IMG/VR virus record: IMGVR_UViG_3300013004_000029
From: an uncultured virus (IMG/VR IMGVR_UViG_3300013004_000029)
Taxonomy: Duplodnaviria > Heunggongvirae > Uroviricota > Caudoviricetes
Direction: 5' to 3' (one strand)
Length of the DNA stretch: 64,000 nucleotides
The stretch's first letter is position 1, and every line of letters begins with the position of its first letter. The notes beneath the pieces are model-generated. The model searched no databases. It was not told where the DNA came from and saw nothing but the letters and a program-made list of their open reading frames with translations. The position numbers and the translations under genes are program-made. Below are positions 59,508-64,000 of the stretch, in pieces.

Positions 59508-61568
59508 TTAATAACAATCTTGTATTTCATTACATTTAATAAATACAGTATTATATTCTATCATATTTGTATCTAAATCTGTTACTTTGGCATTTAATAT
59601 AATGGTAGCTAAAGCAGCAGAGAACCCTATTTTAAATGCTATATTTTGAGGATCATAAGTTCCTGTAAATGTTATTATGGATGGTTCAACCTTGGCCAAT
59701 CCAATATCGTCTGTAGACAATTCTACTTTATAATTATGTCCAATAATTACTCTATTAATTTTCATATTTATCGCTTTATAAATATAAATAGCTGTTGGAG
59801 AAGGAGTAACTGTAGTGGTACTAGTTGTTGTGGCAGTAGGAGTTACTGTTGATGTGTTGGTTGGTGTTGGGGTATTAGTTGGTGTTTCGCTTGGGGTACT
59901 AGTATTAGTTGGTGTTTGAGTAGTTGTTATAGTTGGTGTGGCCGTATTAGTTGGTGTAGGTGTGTTGGTTGGTGTCTCCGTCATTGTAGGAGTATTTGTA
60001 TTGGTAGGTGTGTTTGTTGGGGTCTCACTAGTAGTAGGAGTATTTGTATTTGTAGGAGTACTAGTAAGTGTTTGTGTTGGTGTTTGAGTATTAGTGGGTG
60101 TTTGAGTGTTCGTTGGAGTTGGTGTTGGCGTTTGTGTAACACAAACTTGAATATCTGCAACTTCTGATTCCCCATTCTGATTAGATATTATCTTGTAGGT
60201 TGTTGTTGAAGCACCTATTTGTCTTCTAATATATAGTTCATCAGATGATAGTAAACCTAATAGTGTTAATAGCTCACTATACATCCAAATATCTAAAGCA
60301 TTTGATGTTTGATATAATATTTCTCCAATATTTAGTATACCGTTATTATCATAAACTAAAATTATTTTACCAGGATTATTATGACATAAAGCATAAGAAT
60401 CATTAGAAAGATAATAGTATACTCCATTCAATGGGTCTGTTGCTGTAGGTGTTGGAGTAGGAGAATATGATGGAGTAGGGGTGTTTGTTGGTGTGCGACT
60501 TAGAGTAATGCTCGGAGTAGGAGTGTTGCTATTAGATGGTGTGACTGATACTGTCGGACTTACACTTATAGTTGGTGTAGATGTTCTGGTTGGAGTAGGT
60601 GTTTGTGTTGGACATATGGTGGTTGTATCTGTAATAACAGCATAGTCTGTTGCTATGTCTTGCTCTATACGTATAATATAGTTATTCCTTTTTAAGAATA
60701 ATTTTACAGCACCAGAAAAAGATGGATCCAATGCCACTAACTCTGTCCAAGTCCAATTATCTATACCATTATTCTTATAAATATAATTGCTGATTGCTAA
60801 ACTTTTTGTGCTGATTTGTACATTAACATATGAATTTGTATGACATAATAAATATGTTTCATCTGACATTTGCATAGCAGGACATTGTATGTTGTCTGCA
60901 TCGACGACGGCAAAGCCACCCGTTCCAGAAATTATACTGGCCACCAAACCTGTACTACTCTGAATTAAATATAGTTTAGATACCACAACACCTAATCTTG
61001 TGGTGAGTTCACTAAATAACCATCTGCTAGTAGCTGATGAGTTTTTATATATGAAAGACCCTATTTCTAGGGTTGAATTAATATCGAACAGACTGATAGG
61101 ATTAACTACTGTAGAAGATCTATTATAGCAAACATCTTCTAAATTAGATGAGACATAATATAAATATCTATTTAAAGGAGGACTAGGTGTAACAGTTGGG
61201 GTTCTTGTGGGCGTTCTAGTATTAGTGGGTGTTGGCGTATTAGTTGGTGTGGGAGTATTGGATGCTGTAATGGACGGAGTAGGAGTTTGAGTAGGACATG
61301 TTGCGTTGACTTCCACAATTAATGCATAGCCATTTGTCAAGTCTTCTTTTACTTGTATGGTGGTCGTATCATTGGTTCTATTGAGATAGAAACTTCTAGA
61401 TGTGGCAAATAATGAGCTTATAGCTCTTAATTCTGTCCATAAAAAAGGAATATTATTTGTTTTATATAGATAGTTACCAACACTTATATCAGTAGTATCT
61501 ATATCTACTGTAGTGGTGGTTAATGTATGACATAAATTATATTGTGATAAATTTATATTGTATAGCAT
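59508..61568 (-). CDS. Modular virion protein: four Cys-bracketed ~90 aa repeats with PT linkers
   Basis: Repeated S....LC...IG..(I/L)YK...W...EL...LY...G.A.I....C pattern. Confidence 0.75.
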   Translation of the reverse strand: MLYNINLSQYNLCHTLTTTTVDIDTTDISVGNYLYKTNNIPFLWTELRAISSLFATSRSFYLNRTNDTTTIQVKEDLTNGYALIVEVNATCPTQTPTPSITASNTPTPTNTPTPTNTRTPTRTPTVTPSPPLNRYLYYVSSNLEDVCYNRSSTVVNPISLFDINSTLEIGSFIYKNSSATSRWLFSELTTRLGVVVSKLYLIQSSTGLVASIISGTGGFAVVDADNIQCPAMQMSDETYLLCHTNSYVNVQISTKSLAISNYIYKNNGIDNWTWTELVALDPSFSGAVKLFLKRNNYIIRIEQDIATDYAVITDTTTICPTQTPTPTRTSTPTISVSPTVSVTPSNSNTPTPSITLSRTPTNTPTPSYSPTPTPTATDPLNGVYYYLSNDSYALCHNNPGKIILVYDNNGILNIGEILYQTSNALDIWMYSELLTLLGLLSSDELYIRRQIGASTTTYKIISNQNGESEVADIQVCVTQTPTPTPTNTQTPTNTQTPTQTLTSTPTNTNTPTTSETPTNTPTNTNTPTMTETPTNTPTPTNTATPTITTTQTPTNTSTPSETPTNTPTPTNTSTVTPTATTTSTTTVTPSPTAIYIYKAINMKINRVIIGHNYKVELSTDDIGLAKVEPSIITFTGTYDPQNIAFKIGFSAALATIILNAKVTDLDTNMIEYNTVFIKCNEIQDCY

Positions 61569-61586
61569 ATATTATAATCAATTCTA

Positions 61587-64000
61587 TTAGCAACTAATGT
61601 CTTGTTCATCTATTATAGCATATCCATTATTATCTGCAATAAGTGTAGATAATTTATTAGAACTTAGCTCTAACATATATATTACAGGGGCGCTGGTATT
61701 TAGTATAGTTTCTAAATCATTAAATACCCATTTTGTATTTGCATATTTATCTTTGTATATAAAAGATCCAGACTGTAAACTATTATCTCTATCGTATACA
61801 CTAATAACTCTAACTGTATTGGCCTCTTTATTATTACAAATATCAGATTGGCTTTCAGAAATATAATAGAAAAATACAGTAAGCAATGGACTTGTTGATG
61901 GAGTGATAGTTGGTGTTGGTGAATTTGTCAGAGTGTTTGTCATAGTCTGAGTGGGAGTCATGGTTGGAGTAATACTAGGAGTGACACTATTTGTTGGAGT
62001 ATTTGTTAGAGTATTTGTAGGAGTTTGCGTACTAGTACTACTTGGAGTGATTGTGTTAGTTGGCGTATTTGTTGGAGTTCTTGTTACTGTAGGAGTTGCA
62101 GTATTAGTTGGAGTAGCTGTATTTGTTGGCGTATTAGATACGGTTGGTGTTACAGTTACAGTACCGGTTAATGTGGGAGTAGGAGTATTAGTGGGTGTTG
62201 CACTATTTGTTACAGTATTAGTAGGAGTAGCAGTATTTGTCGGGGTCGAAGTACCTGTACATGTTGGTGTCTTAGTAGGAGTATTGCTGGTTGTTGGTGT
62301 TTGTGTTGGTGTTTTTGTTGGAGTAATAGATGGAGTTACTGTAGTTGTAACTGATGGTGTGGGTGTTGGTGGTGGTTCTCCAAGAGCAAAAACACTATTG
62401 CTAGATAATGTAATGTCCGTCCAATAACCTAATAGTGCTGTTGGTGCAGATATGTTGCTTGTTGTTGGAGGGAAGAGGCCTAACATATATTCATTATTTT
62501 GACCCCAGCCATATAAAACATTACTAGATTGTTTACCAAGAGAATAGGTCGTGCCTGCAAAAACTTCTGTCCAATCCGTAGATGTATTCACCGACGCTGT
62601 TGGAACAAGTCTTTCTCTTGCAGTTCCGTCTCCAAGTTGACCATAGAAATTATCTCCCCAGCCATATAGATTACCATCTGTATTAATAGCAAGGGTGTGT
62701 TTTTGTCCACTACTTATAAATTTCCATGACATATTACCAATTTTAGTTAAAAATTGTATATATTGTTTACTATTATTACCTATTTGACCATTAGTATTAT
62801 TGCCTAATGCATAGAGCTTGTTATCATTTTTTATAGCAAAGAGGGTGCCATTACTATTTGCTGATAATTGTAGGTATTCATCTTTGTTGAATTTCAAAAA
62901 GCTATCTTCACCATTGATGCGGATTAATAAATCTGTTTCGCCATCATATAAAACAGCAAAGAAATTTGGAGCTATGCTTACTACATCATAAACTTTTTCA
63001 TCTATAATTGGCTGATAGCTTCTTTGATACTGTATTAAGTCATAACTATATAGCTTACGAGAATCGCTATGAATATAGTATATAGAACTTGCATTCTTAT
63101 AAACAAAACTATAGACATTAGGAGTAACGAACAGCAATTCACCATCAAGGGTAGAAGGTGATTTTTCTCTCCATTCCCATAAAGTATAATTATTTTTGAT
63201 GCCGTACCATAAATTGCCGATATCCTTGGATGGTGATGCAGTTAAGAAGTATGGGTTGCTTATGACTCTTTTCCATCCTGGGACCCTAAATAGGGTTGGG
63301 GTGATACGAGAAATAGTGTCTCCTTGACCTAATTCTCCATTACTATTCAATCCCCAGCTATATAGGCGCTTTTTTCTACTAACACCAAGATAGTGTTTAA
63401 TATTTAACGATGGGTCGGTATATATGGTTGGAGTAACGCTAGGTGTAACGCTACTTGTTGGTGTTTTGGTGGGTGTGATGCTTGGTGTTATCGTATTGGT
63501 TGGTGTTGGTGTTTTGGTAATATTTAGTTGTCCACAAATATTGATAGAATCCAGTAAAATGTTACCTGAAGTTGTCTTGAATACTATTCTATTAGATGGG
63601 GTTGCTGGTGTGTATAATACAACGCCTTCAGTCCAAACAACATTATTTAATGAATGGTTTGGATAAATATCTGGGTTATAGCTAAATACGGTCTGTGTCA
63701 AGCCTACTACCGGATCAAATTCTGATGTTGGATTTTTCCATAATGTAGAACCACTATCCGAACCTATAGCAACTATAAGATTTTTAGCATTGTTTGGGGG
63801 TGTAATTGTAGGCGTTGGCGTTGGTGTGGCCGTTGCCCTAGTCGGAGTTGGAGTAAATGTGACATTCAATACGGTTGATGGATCAGCGATATTAATTCTA
63901 TCATAGTCACTATTTAATAGATATACTTTATTATCATCATATGCAGTATTAATAAATAGAGATCTAATATTTATAACATTATTTAAGTATACATTCGTCT
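61587..64000 (-). CDS. RCC1-repeat, PT-rich virion protein, 5'-truncated by the window edge
   Basis: [26 protein letters not shown]...[13 protein letters not shown]; frame stays open from 63869 to the window end. Confidence 0.8.
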   Translation of the reverse strand, partial: TNVYLNNVINIRSLFINTAYDDNKVYLLNSDYDRINIADPSTVLNVTFTPTPTRATATPTPTPTITPPNNAKNLIVAIGSDSGSTLWKNPTSEFDPVVGLTQTVFSYNPDIYPNHSLNNVVWTEGVVLYTPATPSNRIVFKTTSGNILLDSINICGQLNITKTPTPTNTITPSITPTKTPTSSVTPSVTPTIYTDPSLNIKHYLGVSRKKRLYSWGLNSNGELGQGDTISRITPTLFRVPGWKRVISNPYFLTASPSKDIGNLWYGIKNNYTLWEWREKSPSTLDGELLFVTPNVYSFVYKNASSIYYIHSDSRKLYSYDLIQYQRSYQPIIDEKVYDVVSIAPNFFAVLYDGETDLLIRINGEDSFLKFNKDEYLQLSANSNGTLFAIKNDNKLYALGNNTNGQIGNNSKQYIQFLTKIGNMSWKFISSGQKHTLAINTDGNLYGWGDNFYGQLGDGTARERLVPTASVNTSTDWTEVFAGTTYSLGKQSSNVLYGWGQNNEYMLGLFPPTTSNISAPTALLGYWTDITLSSNSVFALGEPPPTPTPSVTTTVTPSITPTKTPTQTPTTSNTPTKTPTCTGTSTPTNTATPTNTVTNSATPTNTPTPTLTGTVTVTPTVSNTPTNTATPTNTATPTVTRTPTNTPTNTITPSSTSTQTPTNTLTNTPTNSVTPSITPTMTPTQTMTNTLTNSPTPTITPSTSPLLTVFFYYISESQSDICNNKEANTVRVISVYDRDNSLQSGSFIYKDKYANTKWVFNDLETILNTSAPVIYMLELSSNKLSTLIADNNGYAIIDEQDISC

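Noticed and set aside
34719..63666. Val/Gly-rich + strand ORFs (34719, 35277, 35541, 52674, 57964, 61951, 63424)
   Set aside because: Antisense shadows of Thr/Pro codon tracts (ACN/CCN read as GTN/GGN-rich frames); no independent support
34253..63869. CRISPR array or DNA tandem repeat in GTTGGAGT/GTTGGTGT-rich tracts
   Set aside because: Degenerate, in-frame, codon-level repeats with no constant repeat-spacer periodicity
1..64000. Stop-codon reassignment
   Set aside because: Genes are full length and tightly packed under code 11; TAA, TGA and TAG all end genes at sensible positions
1..64000. tRNA or rRNA genes
   Set aside because: Intergenic gaps are too short or AT-rich, and I saw no cloverleaf with T-loop consensus; tRNAscan-SE would confirm

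Overview
AT-rich, gene-dense segment of a large lytic dsDNA tailed phage (Caudoviricetes, probably a jumbo or large myovirus-like genome), read with standard code 11. The + strand arm (1-33810) carries a ClpP-like protease and a catalytically degenerate DeoC-like protein. Next come small late or structural genes and a cluster of membrane proteins around a papain-like C1 peptidase (candidate non-canonical lysis module). These are followed by nucleotide metabolism genes (dCMP deaminase, class II NrdJ, dNMP kinase), PhoH, an HNH nuclease and a bacterial-style replisome. The replisome has RecA, DnaB, DnaG, a Cas4/AddB-like nuclease, SSB, and a DnaE split into two genes without an intein, with a DnaQ gene between them. 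The arm ends with a glycosyltransferase/nucleotidyltransferase island. The convergent - strand arm (33816-64000) encodes very large virion or tail-like proteins, a tandem paralog pair, and several RCC1-repeat and mucin-like Thr/Pro/Ser-rich proteins, including a new Cys-bracketed repeated module. A recurrent GTGTAT(A/T) intergenic motif, often inside hairpins that occlude the ribosome-binding site, looks like a late promoter. I saw no rRNA, tRNA, CRISPR array, integrase or reverse transcriptase. All calls come from motif recognition by eye, not database searches.
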